DNA of 64,000 bases from Isurus oxyrinchus. Lineage: Eukaryota. The stretch covers positions 62,001 through 126,000 of the forward strand of contig JANJGN010000557.1 of assembly GCA_026770705.1 (NCBI GenBank), given 5' to 3'. Below, in pieces: positions 11,001 to 23,500 of this stretch (its first letter is position 1; the number at the start of each line of letters is the position of its first letter). The notes beneath the pieces were generated by a model. That model saw only the letters and a list, made by a program, of their open reading frames with translations. It was not told where the DNA came from and did no database searches. Both the position numbers and the translations under genes were made by a program.

Positions 11001-13013
11001 GAGTTACAGAGTGAGCGAAAGGTACAAAAATAGTGTGAGAGAGAGGGAGAGATACAGAGTGGGAGAATGAGACAGGGAGAGAGAGAGGGAGAGAGACAGG
11101 AAAAGGGAGAGAGGAGAGAAAGATTGGGAGAGAGGGCAATTGAGAGGTAGAGTAGGAGAGAGAGAGACAGGGAGAGGAGGAGTGGATGAGAGGAAGAGAG
11201 AGAGAGATATGGAGCAGGAGAACACCTCCTCCGGTCCCGATGTTCCTCCAAAATCTCTGAAATTACTGCATCTCCCGGGTCCCCCTGATTCCCATCGCTC
11301 CATCATTGGCGGCCGTGCCTTCAGCTGCCTGGGGCCCTGAGCTCCGGAATACCCTCCCTTAACCTCTCTGCCTCTCTCTCTTTCTCTCTCTCTCTCCTTT
11401 AAGACGTTCCTTAAAAACTGACATCTTTGACCAAGCTTTTGGTCACCTATCCCTAATATCTCCATATGTGACTCAGTGTTAGACTTCTCTCTGATTTACG
11501 CTCCGGTAATGTGGGCTGGGACATTTTGCAATGTCAGAGGCGCTGTGTAAATGCAAGTTGTGAGTGTTATGTGGAAGGGAGACCCCAGGCGGCAGTCAGT
11601 GCCAGAGACTGGAGTCATTGTGTGCAGACCATATCTAATCTCTCCGAATGCACAATCGGTTTGACTGTCAGCCAAAGCATTTTTGAAATTTGATCCTTCT
11701 AACTGTTTATAACCAGGCCTACATCATACACCGAGAGGCTGGTTAATCAACAGACACCTTAGAGGATCGAGTGAAAGACAAAGAGGACTTGCATTTCTCT
11801 AGCGCCTTCCAACACATCAGGACGTCCCAAAGTGTTTCGCAGACAATCAAGTGCTTTTTTTCTTTCATGTGAGGTCACTGATGTACTGTGGGAAAAGAAT
11901 CAGCCATTGGCGCACAGTAAGATCCCACAGACAGCAGCATGATAATGACCAGCGCGGTCCCAGTACTTGCACTGCAAGAGTCAGTTCAGGGTGTCTGCTC
12001 GATTCTCTGCGACTCTCAGCTCTGAGTTAAAAGGACCACGAGGCGTAATTGAGGAATTACCGAGCTATCGGAGGGTCAGTATTGAGGGTGTGCTGCATTG
12101 TCAGAGGGTCAGTACTGAGGGAGTGCTGCATTGTCAGAGGGTCAGTACTGAGGGAGTGCTGCATTGTCAGAGGGTCAGTCTTGAGGGAGTGTTGCACTGT
12201 CGAAGGGTCAGTACCGGCGGGGGGATGCACAGTCGGAGGGTCAGTACTGAGGGAGTGCTGCATTGTCAGAGGGTCAGTTTTGAGGGAGTGTTGCACAGTC
12301 GGAGGGTCAGTACTGAGGGAGTGTTGCATTGTCAGAGGGTCAGTCTTGAGGGAGTGCTGCACTGTTGGAGGGTCAGTACTGACGATGTGCTGCATTGTCA
12401 GAGTCAGTACTGAGGGGGTGCTGCACTGTTGAAGGCGCTGTCTTTCAGATGAGACATTAAACTGGGGCAACCAATCTGCCCTCTCAGATGGATATAGAGG
12501 ATTCCATGGCCACAATTTAGATGAAGTGCGTCAGGAGTTGGGGGTATGTGTGGAGGGGGTGATGGGGGGTGGATGGGGTGGAGTTATGTCTGCTTTCCTG
12601 GGGCAAACATTTATCCCTCAACTGACATTGGTAAAAAACTGAAAATCGGGGCCATTATCACATTTCTGTTTGTGGGATCTTGCTGTGCGTGAATTGCCTG
12701 CTGCGTTTCCTACATTACAGCGGTGAGCTCACTTCAGAAAAAGTCCTTCCTTCAGCTGTGGAACACTTTGGGCCATCCTGAGGAGGGGAAAGGCGCTATA
12801 GAAATGCGCCATCCTCCTTCCAATGACGCGCCTGATTGAAATGATGCCTTCTTTCTTTCCGGAATGTTCTCACCTATTGTCCTCCTGCTTTTCCAGGGCT
12901 CCTTGCTGCAGCGCCAGAAGAGAATGGGCAGACAGCAGCTCTGCAGATTCTGCTGTAACTGCTGTAATTGGAGAGAACCAAATGAGACTTGTGGTCTCTG
13001 CTGTAGATATTAG
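8081..13013 (+). CDS. HAMP: Hepcidin-like preproprotein, 3 exons (~88 aa if a 1-nt deficit in exon 1 is corrected)
   Basis: Exon 1 8081-8172 signal peptide MGSSQMKWRLVLFTLTLLLSLQLSHFFSL..|gttaag. Exon 2 10464-10520 VDTALGSSTIEKSVDSPDT|gtaggt. Exon 3 12897-13013 GSLLQRQKR-MGRQQLCRFCCNCCNWREPNETCGLCCRY*. Furin site plus the C-CC-CC-C-CC hepcidin cysteine pattern. Confidence 0.88.
8380..9745. repeat. 37-bp minisatellite in HAMP intron 1
   Basis: CTCTGTAACCTCCTCCAGCCCCTACAACCCTCCCTAT, about 36 copies. An inverted short array lies at ~5475-5720. Confidence 0.95.
12065..12430. repeat. 33-bp GAGGGAGTGCTGCACTGTCAGAGGGTCAGTACT array heading a SINE-like element
   Basis: About 11 units. Same family at ~9810-10060, 22785-23115, 33590-33890, 56000-56320. 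Confidence 0.9.
12897..13013 (+). CDS. HAMP: Hepcidin exon 3 (furin site + mature 8-Cys peptide)
   Basis: ttttccag acceptor, phase 0, RQKR|MGRQQLCRFCCNCCNWREPNETCGLCCRY TAG. Confidence 0.93.
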   Translation, partial: GSLLQRQKRMGRQQLCRFCCNCCNWREPNETCGLCCRY

Positions 13014-15364
13014 ACCCTGGCCTCATTCACGCAAGGTCATCCTGCACCATGCCACAGCCTCTCCCCTCCTTATCTACTGCTTAGCAATCTATTTCACACA
13101 GGCCCTGTTCATTAATTCCAACTGAAACTTTACCTGCGTTTTACAGCAGGGAAAGAAGCCATTCGGCCCATCTGCTCCATGCTGGTGTTTCTGCTCCACA
13201 CGAGTCTCCGCCCACCCCTTCTCCATCTCACCCCATCACCATATCCTTCTATTCATTTCTCCCTCGTGTGTTTATCCAGCTTCCCCTTAAATACATCGAC
13301 ACTATTCACCTCACGTGACTGTGTTTGTGTCTGTCTTTATGAGCGTGTGTGTGTGTGTGTGTGTGTGTGTGACTGTCAATATGTGTGTGTCAATGTGAAT
13401 GAGTGAGTGTGTCAGTGTGTCTGTGTGGGTGTGTGTGACTGTGTCAGTGTGTGTCAATGTGAATGAGTGAGTGTGTCAGTGTGTCTGTGTGGGTGTGGGT
13501 GTGTGAGTGTGCAAGTGAATGTGTGAGGAATCTTATGACTAAGTCATTTGAATGGATGTTACTGGGGTTAATGTTAGTTAAAATTCAGAGAGATGTAAAG
13601 CGGGCTCCTGATTTTGCTGCTTTATGCTCCCGGGCACAGATTCACCCCGACAATGTGTTCATGATTCACCATTATCTTGTCGGGACTTTAATTGTAAATA
13701 TTGTGCTTTGTAAAAAAAAATGAATAAACAACTTTTGTCTTCACAAAGTGTCTGGCTTGGTATTTCAGGCTACTTGTCTCCCCGTCACCCTCCCCCCCCA
13801 CCATGCCCCCCACACCAGGGAACAATTGTCCCCCCTTCCTCTGAAGTTCTGGGTAAAGATCAGCTTTGTTCAATGCAAGCTGTTCCGACATCGAGAACGT
13901 TGTTACAAATATCTCACAAAGGGCACACGCCATGATAGCCCACTTTCAACAGATTTTACCAGTTGACCAGGTTGAAAACCTTTTCATAAACCACGACGTA
14001 GGTGTTCAATTCTTGCTGCTGTTTGCTTAATGTTCTCATAACTGCTATAACCTCTCTAGTTCCACTACATAACAACACCAACATAAATAAACAGAAGCAG
14101 GAGTAGGCCTTTTGGCCTCCCAAGCCAGCTTGTCCATTCAATTTGAACCTGGCTCCTGCTGAAAGTTATTTAAGTTGAAGCGATAAAGCCATCAGGTGCA
14201 GGGATTAAAATGTAAGCAAAGGAAAAATAATACTTAGACATGAGATTTAAAATCAGTTTCTGTGAAGAATCATACTGAGGCCATTGCTCTGGATTCCTTC
14301 TTTCCAGAGTGAAGGGTTTAAAACTAGGAGTCACATTTAGCAGCTGCGTTGTCTTCTCTAGTTGACTATTTGGAGGTTGCCTGTAGATGTGAATCAGCAG
14401 GTCAGCAGCTTTGGGGAGTGAGTGAAGGTCCCTTTTATTTACAGGATCTGCCACAGGGTGTGCAGGAATATTCCTGCTGAATTCTCCATCCTTGCATTCA
14501 TGAAGGGTTGGAAACTGGAAGTCATATTCAGCAGCTGCAATGGCCTCTGTAGCCAACTGTCTGGAGGTTGCCTGTACAGGTGGACTCAGCAGGTCAACAG
14601 CTTTGTAGGGCGGGGGGGTGCATGGGTAGTAAAGGTCCCTTTACTTTAAAGGTTCTGCCAGTGCAACACTTGATGATCCTGGGTCAAAATCATGTATCAC
14701 CCTCCCCAACAGCACTGTGGATGTGCCCTATGGAGGTTCCTTGGCTTCGACAAGCAGCCTACCAGCTCTGCTCTCAATTCCTCTTCACACTTGCTTCCTT
14801 CCTCCTCTGGTCTTTACTTTGTTATAGTGTTAGTGTCCGCTCTGCCTTTTTTGTTGCTTTCCCAATTCTTCCCACCAACTCTCTCTGGCTTGATCCTTCT
14901 CTGTGCTCATCTCATTGGTTTGAGTTTCTATCCGTTCATTGACCTGGTGTAATCTGAAACTGGTGCAATCAGGTAGGGATGGGGGGGTTGGCGCTGGCCG
15001 TGGGTGGTGATACACGGCTACCTTTTTACCAAAATTCTTTCACGGGATGTGGACAGCGTTTGTTACCTGTTCCTGACTGAGCCCTGGAGAAGGGGGTGCT
15101 GAGCTGCCTTTTCGAAGTGCTGCAGTTCGCCTGGTTTGACTGGTCTGTGGCGGGTTTTGATATAACTCAGTAGCTTGCTCAGCCATTTCAGGGGCAAGTT
15201 AAGAGTCAACCACATTGCTGTGGGTCAGGAGTCACACGTAGGCCAGAATGGGTAAGGACGGCAGGTTTCCTTCCCCAAAGGGCATTAGTGACCCAGATGG
15301 GTTTTTGCAACAATTGGCCTTAGTTTCATGGTCACCATTACTGAGACTAGCTTCGCATTCCAGA

Positions 15365-17330
15365 TGTCACATCCAGTCGTGGACAATTAAACAACTCACT
15401 GGAGGAGGAGGCTCCACAAATATCCCCATCCTCAATGATGGAGGAGCCCAGCACATCGGTGCAAAAGACAAGACTGAAGCATGCGCAACAATCTTCAGCC
15501 AGAAGTGCTGAGTGGGTGATCCATCTCGGCCTCCTCCTGAGGTCCCCAGCATCAGAGATGCCAATCTTTAGCCAATTCGATTAATTCCACGTGACATCAA
15601 GAAAGGGCTGAAGGCACTGGATATTGCAAAGGCTCCAGGCCCTGACAATATTCTGGCAATAGTACTGAAGACTTGTGCTCCAGAACTTGCTGCGCCCCTA
15701 GCCAAACTTTTCTGGAATTTTCTAGTACAGCTGCAACACTGGCAACTACCCGGCTATGGGGTACGTCCTGTACACAAAAAGCAGGACAAATCCAACCCAG
15801 CCAATTCCCCAGCAGTCTATTCTTGATCATTACTAAAGTGATGGAAGGGGTCATCAACAGCGCTTGCAAGCAGCACCTGCTTAGCAAGAACCTGCTCACT
15901 GACGCTCAGTTTGTGTTCCACCAGGATCATTCAGCTCCTGGCCTCATTACAGCCTTGGTTCAAACATGCACAAATGAGCTGAACTCCAGAGGTGAGAGGG
16001 ACTGCCCTTGACATCAAGGCAGCATTTGACTGAGTGTGGCAAATCAAGGAGCCCGAGCAAAACTGGAGTCAATGGGAATCGGGGGAAAACTCTCCGCTGC
16101 TTGGAGTCATACCCAGCACAAAGGACGATGGTTGTGATTATTGGGGGTCAATCATCTCAGTTCCAGGACATCACTGCAGGAGTTACTCAGGGTAGTGTCC
16201 TAGGCTCAAACATCTTCAACTGCTTCATCAATGACCTTCCTTCCATCATAAGGTCAGAAGTGGGGATGTTTGCTGATGTTTGCACAATGTTCAGCACCAT
16301 TCACGGCTCCTCAGATACTGAAGCAAGTTATGTCCAAATGCAGCAAGACCTGGACAACATCCAGGCTTGGGCTGACAGGTGACAAGTAACATTCATGCCA
16401 CACAAGTACCAGGCAATGACCAGCTCCAACAAGAGAGAATCTCATTGAAGGTGCAGAAAATTTGGATTTATGTTCAAGAGCCAGCCAGGACCAGCAGCTA
16501 GGGCGCCAAAGCGTACACATCCTTACGTGAAAACTTAAAAACCTGTACTAAGGGCTCAGTTGGAAATTTGCAATGAGGAAATGGGAGACACACACACAAG
16601 GACACTGGGTGACTCAATCAAGAAATGGGGAAGGTTATTTCACACCGTCCGATGGCCTTGAACCACATCCAGTCAGCCCCCGGAAACCTTTTGTAGCGAA
16701 CAAACATAGATTCTTTGCTGTCTCAAAAGGACAATAGCCAGTCTCTGCCCTGTAATTACTGTACAAGAACACAATTATCAGCCCACCGGAGGGTCATTGT
16801 GCTGTGGCCTTTGTCTAACTAATACCATTACCTTGTAACTGAGAGTAAAAATATATAAACTGTGCTCATTTGAACCTCGGTGGAGAAGCGCCTGGACTGC
16901 CCAGCGTTTGCTCCCCACATGCCTAATAAAGGAACCACTTGAATATTGCATCTGGAGTCCGAGTGTTGAAATTTTGTACCAGAATATTCCACAGACCATT
17001 CATAACCATCGCCCCTTGGCATTCAATGGCATTACTATCAATGAATCCCCCAATATCAACATCCTGGGAGTTAACATTGAGCAGAAACTGAACTGGACCA
17101 GCCATATAAACACTGTGGCTGCAAGAGCAGGTCAGAGGCTGGGAACCCTGCAGACAGTAACTCACCTCCTGACTCCCCAAAGCCTGTCCACCATCTACAA
17201 CGCACAAGTCAGGAGTGTGATGGAATACTCTCCACATGCCTGGATGAGTGCAGCTCCAACAACACTCAAGAAGCTTGACACCATCCAGGACAATGCGGCC
17301 CGATTGATTGGCTCCCCTTCCACAGAGCTA
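15365..17330 (+). mobile_element. Decayed non-LTR retrotransposon (CR1/L2-clade) ORF2 RT region, interrupted by an insertion
   Basis: GVTQGSVLGSNIFNCFINDL..MFAD; LNWTSHINTVAARAGQRLG; IYNAQVRSVMEYSPHAW. Confidence 0.85.
16446..17002 (+). mobile_element. Probable solo LTR inserted in the LINE
   Basis: 557-bp interruption with TGAA...TTCA termini, TATATAAA ~16852 and AATAAA ~16925. The LINE sequence resumes on both sides; no clear TSD. Confidence 0.55.
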
Positions 17331-18809
17331 GATAGATTCTTGATTAACAAGGGGGTGAAAGGTCATTGGGGGTAGCCAGGAATGTGAGGTTGAGGTGACA
17401 ATCAGATCAGCCATGATCTTACTGAATGGCGGAGCAGGTTCGAGGGACTGAGTGACCTACTCCTGATCCTAACTCAGATATCCAGATGTTCTCAAAGGCA
17501 ATTGGGGATGGGCAACAAATACTGGCCTAGTCAGCGACACCAACATCCCTGAAATGAATAAGAAAAAAATGTATCAATCAATTAAATTTATTGATTAATC
17601 GAATTGAAATTCCTCCAGCTGCCGTGGTGGGATTTGAACCCGTGTCTTCAAAGCATTCACCTGGGCCTCTGGATCACTGGCCTAGTGCCATTCCCATTGT
17701 GCGACTGCTATCATCATGGCTCTTTCACATCGATGTGGAAGTCCTGATAACAGAAGCATTGGACGAGGTACAGAAAGGTGACAAATCAGGAGCTCCATTG
17801 CTCAATATGAACGGATAATAAAGATAAATGAACATAAACCTTCCAGTCGCTAATTAGGGAGTCACTGTGGAGCCCATGAGTCCCTCGCAGCGCTATTGCA
17901 ACCTTCTGGATCCCCAGTAGGGCACTCGGGGTGCAGCTGTGTCTTCCTCATCATTTGGAAAAGCCGGTATTGTTCGGGTGCCCCTTCAAACAGGCCGAAG
18001 ATGCAGTGGGTGATGTCTCCCACAGGCCCTGGGAGACCTCCCCTGCCAATTTGTTTTGTAGCTTATTCTTCAACTGCGACATTGGATCAGCTTGAAAAAG
18101 GGTGAGGCTGAGGCAATACCACCAGGTAAGCGTCTATCCCCTCACACGTCACCCCCCCCCACCCCTGTAACCATCACAGTCCCTCCCATCGTGCTGGAGG
18201 AGCATAATGTGCACATTCCCCTCCTTCCAATCAGTCTCTTCCCTTCCTCTCTAATCCTTGATCTTATTGTGTTCGGGGTTGACATCCCAGTCCTCCTCCC
18301 TAGACTGTCTGATGTTGACATCCCAATGCCCCATGTAGACCTGACCTCTCTCCAACTAGAGGCCCATTGTACTGTGACTTACAGAGACCACCGGCCCCCC
18401 TCTTTTCCACCCCCACCCCTACTCTCTATATTACCTGCTCCCCACTGACAGGCTGCAGATGCCTCCCCTGACTGGGATTGTGCCACCTGCGGCCTAGTAT
18501 CAAGCCACCCACCCCCAGGATGGACGTGTGTGAGGGACTGACCACGTCCTGCACACCATGCTGGGCATGACCAACCCAGGACTGCCAGGCTGTCCCCACC
18601 ACACTGGACTGGGCCTAGAATAGGCGTGCCAAGCACAGCTCTCTAAATCGTGGCGCAGACCCACAGCACTCGCAATGTTTTGTGGCCCGAATCCTTGCTG
18701 AGGAACTGCCCAGCACTAAAAGCAAAAAAACTGCAGATGCTGGAAATCCAAAACAGAAACAGAAATACCTGGAAAAACTCAGCAGGTCTGGCAGCATCGG
18801 CGGAGAAGA

Positions 18810-19095
18810 ACTGAGGGAGTGCGGCACTGTCGGAGGTTCAGTACTGAGGGAGTGCTGCACTGTCGGAGGGTCTGAACTGAGGGAGTGCTGCACTGTCGGA
18901 GGCTCTGAACTGAGGGAGTGCTGCACAGTCGGAGGGTCTGAACTGAGGGAGTGCTGCACTGTTGGAGGGTTTGAACTGAGGGAGTGCTGCATTGTCGGAG
19001 GGTCTGATCTGAGGGAGTGCTGCACTGTAGGACGGTCTGAACTGAGGGAGTGCTGCGCTGTTGGAGGGTCAGTACTGAGGGAGTGCTGCGCTGTC
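18810..19095. repeat. 33-bp array at distal boundary of Siglec unit A
   Basis: GAGGGAGTGCTGCACTGTCGGAGGGTCTGAACT units. Confidence 0.9.
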
Positions 19096-19799
19096 TAAAG
19101 AACATTGTACAAATTGCACAAAATTGCATCTGATGCCTGTGTCTCATGCTAACATGAAGTTCATGCACACAACAGGAATATTTCTCGCTGTTTCTCAGCA
19201 GCAAGACAGCTTTGGTATCACACCACCCACTGGCAAGTGTGTGCAGCTACAATGTGACATGTTTACATTGGAAATTTCTATTATAAAGATGGACAGAGGA
19301 ATTCATCTGATTGGAAAACGTGACAACATGAAGTAATGTCTTTGAGCCAAGAATTTTGCAGCAAAATAAGAATTTTAATCTTTAAATATCTACAGAACAG
19401 GCTGAGCATTTTAATCACTTGAGTTAATCAATGTAATTTTATTCATAAGCCAAATGCTTCTTACAATCTATCGCAGCATGAAAAAGGTGCAGCATTCAGA
19501 AAGCACATTCCAATCAGAGAACAGAGTTTAGCAACGTCACATTTCTGTTCATTCTTATTCGACCATGTTGGCTGCACACAGCCAGACAATGCCGTGGTTA
19601 TGATGTGTCCACACAGCAGGACTGGGGAGCACCAGGTATAAGGAAAAGTTTCAGCTTGCTGAGGAGAAGAAGGAGAATCTCTCGTTCCAGGATTCTCTCC
19701 GTACATTAAGAAGCAGGCATGCCGATGTTTCATTGCGCTCTGTCTGCTGATGGGAGTCCGCTTGGAAATTGCTGTTTGTGCTGATGGAAAGAATAAGCT

Positions 19800-20405
19800 T
19801 TTCATAAATTGAGGGATTGAGTACAAACACAGGGAGGTTATGCTGAACATTTATAAAGCTCTGGTTAGGTCACAACTAGAGTATTGTGTCCAGTTCTGGT
19901 CTCCTCACTTTGGGAAGGAAGTGAGGGTCCTTGAGAGGTTAGGGAGGAGATTGAGCAGAATGGGTCCAGGGATGAGGGATTTTAGCTACAAGGTTGGGTT
20001 GGAGAAGCTGGGGTTGTTCTCCTTGGAACAAAGGAGATTGAGGGGGGATCTGATCGAGGTGTACAAGATGATGATGGGTTTAGATACGGTAGACGAAGAG
20101 AAGCTGTAGCCATTAGCTGATGGTACAAGGACTGGGGGACACAGATTGAAGGTTGTGGGCAGAGGGGGGATGTGAGGAGGAACTTTTTTACACAGCGAGT
20201 GGTAATGAGCTGGAACTCGCTGCCTACGAGGATGGTGGAAGCGGAGATGATGAACGATTTCAAAAGGAAATTGGTTGGACACTTGAGGGGAAATAAACTC
20301 ACAGGGATACGGGGATAGAGCGGGGGAATGGGACTGACTGGATTGCTCTACAGAGAGACAGCATGGACTCAATGGGCTGAATGGGCTCCCACTGTGCTGG
20401 AATGC
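19800..20405 (+). mobile_element. CR1-like LINE 3' fragment (also in units B ~30610-31210 and C ~41380-41975)
   Basis: YKALVRSQLEYCVQFWSPH..LEKLGLFSLEQRRLRGDLIEVYKMM. Confidence 0.85.
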
Positions 20406-20520
20406 CTCTCTGATACGAAGGTGATTCTAACCAGGACACTGACCAATTTCATTACAACTTAACCCAACATCACACGTTATTTGTCCGCACTGACTGACCA
20501 GATTGTTGCTGTACAAAGCT

Positions 20521-23500
20521 TCAAACAGTCTGTCGACTTCCTTTCACTGTTTGTCTCTCCCAGACACAGACTCCAGCGATAGTGATAACCACAGCCACAA
20601 GGAATATCACAGCTCGTATTCCCAGGATCAGGATCATGTGCAGAATCTCTCCTCCACTGTCTAGAGAACACACAGAAAGAAATCATCACTGACTCTCCGC
20701 TTTCAATCTCTCACTCTGGCTGAACAATCAAGCTTCATATCACTGCAACATTTGCTGTAATATTGACCCATCCACTGGGATTCAATGTGGAATGAATGTT
20801 TTCATTGTAAACACTCTAAGAGTGGACAATCGGAACTTTCCCCTTAGCGTGGAACATTGGTGCGAATGGATCATTGTGCTGTTGGACTCCCTGTCCAATG
20901 TTTCTCTCCATCGCTGTGTACAGGATTGTGCTGTAGAAAATTCTGGAAACGTTTAGTGCAGCGTGGAAATCCATCTCGGACGCGTGTGCGAATCGGGCAG
21001 GATCAAGATGGACTCCCTCACGGACTTACTCACCCCGCTTAATAAACAGTTCCAATCTTTACCCAGAGAGAGGGGAGAATGTGGAACTCGCTCCCACAGG
21101 GAGTGGTTGAGGTGAACAGTATCGATGTATTTAAGGGGCAGGAGGGTCGGTAACCAGAGGGACACAGATTGACGAACCGGAGGGGGAGATGAGGAGAATT
21201 TGTTTTGATAGAGTGAGTTGTTGTGATCTGGAAGGTGCTGCCTGAAAGGGCGGTGGAAGCAGATTCAATAGGAACTTTCAAAAGGGAAATTGGATAAACA
21301 CTTGAAGGAGGAAGATGGGGGCAAAGTGGAGTGGTGGTTAGTGGATCTGATTGGATAGAACATTGAAAGACCTGGCACAGGCTCAATGGGCTGAATGGCC
21401 TCCTCCTGTGCTGTATCATTCTCCGCTTCCATGATCTCTCCCCCAGTTAGTAACCGCTCCAGATCCCTCTTGAAGGCAACAGAGAGACAGCAACCACCAC
21501 ACCCACTGACAGCACATTCCCGAGGATCACTACTCTCTGGGAAAAGATGAACTCCCCAACATCCAGCCTATTCCTGCTTCCTGGAGAGTGTAAACCCTTC
21601 CCAGAGCGCGGATGTACCTTTCAATAAACTGTATCATCAAATCTACCATTTGATATATAAGTTAATTTTGATGACCTTACAGCATGTGTAGCAAATTGTG
21701 AAGTGAAGTTGGCTGAAAAGCTGGGAGGTGCAAGGTTAAGCACCACAGTGCCACCACTGGTGGGAGGATGTAAAGAAAGTGTGACGTTTACATAGGATGC
21801 CCCCATTATAAACAGCGTCATTGGACATGATGGCAAAACTGAACACTGGAAAGGTGAGAAAATGAAGTAAGCTCTTCACTAACAGGAAATCCCTTGCTAA
21901 ACTTTCTTATCTCTCCCTTTCTCTCAGATACACAAAATATTTGACACAGGGCATTATAAGGAGGAGTTAGGACAGGCAAGAGTTAGGGATTAGGAAGCTT
22001 CTTAAAGGAGGAGAGAGATACACAGAGAGGTGGGGAGTATCTGTTGGAATCTTTGTGCATGTGAGTTTCTGGAATAGACTTTGTAATTTGGATATTCTTC
22101 GATAAATATGAATGGGAACACAAATCCCAGAATCCAGGAGAACTCTCCAGTGCAGTACTGAGGGAGGTCAGGTAACTCACAGGGGAGTGTGTACTACTGT
22201 GTTAGTGTGTGAGTGTGTCTTTCTGTGTGCTCATGAGTGTGGGATTGTGTGTGTGCATGCACTTTGGGTCTGTACATTTGTGAGTGCTTGTGTGTGTGTG
22301 TGGGAGAGCATCTGAGTATATGTGTTTGGAGATGAGAGAAATATTAAAGTCTGTGTACACTCACATTCCACAGTAATGGTTAGGAACCCCTCCACTGCTC
22401 CATGTTCATTCTCTGCCACACACTGATATTCTCCAGTGTCCCTGGATGTAACATGAGGAATCACCAACCACAGCTCATTGTTGGAACTTGTTCTGTTCAT
22501 TGGGACATTAAGATGTCGCCACATCAGGTTAGAAGCTGGGGAGCTCTCGACAGAGCAGATTATCACTGCAGAATTCCACTCAATTATACTGATTGATGAA
22601 GCGTTAATCATATCTGGAGAAGTAAATGAGAGATTCCGTGGTGCGTCTAAAAACAAATGCAGATCAGTTAACTTAGACTGACTGTGAAGCACTTTGAAAG
22701 ACACTGAGAATGTGAAAGGTGTGATGTCAATGTAGGTTCTTTCACCACATAGCCCGTAATCCAGGCAGACACTTCAGTTCAGTATTGAGGGCGTGCTGCA
22801 CTGTCAGAGGTTCAGTACTGAGGGAGTGCTGCACTGTCAGAGAGTCAGTACTGAGGGAGTGCTGCACTGTCAGAGGGTCAGTACTGAGGGAGTGCTGCAC
22901 TGTAGGAGGGACAGTACTGTGGGAGCGCTGCACTGTAGGAGGGACAGTACTGTGGGAGCGCTGCACTGTAGGAGGGTTACTGCTGAGGTAAAACTGCACA
23001 GTCAGAGCGTCAGTTCTGATTGACCAGTGCAATGTTGGAGGAGCACTACTGAGGGATCATTACACTATTAGAGAGACAGTAATGAGGGAGTGCTGCACTG
23101 TAGAAGGGTCAGTGCTGAGGAGGCAAACACGCTGTTATGTGTGTACTATAGGCCTCCTGTGATAATGTGGAGTGCCAGGTACCTTTAAGAGAATACAAGT
23201 GGATAAACCATGTGACAGTACTGACCAATCACTGGACAGTGTGGGCCACTGGTTAACTGTAAGTCTAGAGCTGGAGGTGGCTGTGGGAGCATGCAAGGAT
23301 TTAGTGCTCTGCCCTCTGTTACTATAAATAATCAGCTTGTTCTAATGTCGGTCTCTCTTGGTTATTGATAGCGAGCATCAGGTAAGAAGAACTCAACAGG
23401 TCTGGCAGCATCGGGGGAGAAGAAAAGAGTTGATGTTTCGAGTTCTCGTGACCCTTCGACAGAACTGAGGTCATGAGGACTCGAAACGTCAACACTTTTC

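Noticed and set aside
12823-13125. 100-aa ORF MTRLIEMM..
   Set aside because: Alternative frame overlapping hepcidin exon 3.
20477-20689. 70-aa Cys-rich ORF (and copies at 31283, 42047)
   Set aside because: Wrong frame of the TM exon.
21740-21770. GTGCCACCACTGGTGGGA as a CTCF site, and the nearby plus-strand GT donor as an antisense exon
   Set aside because: Spacing does not fit the CTCF core; recurrence is explained by unit duplication; no coherent antisense gene.
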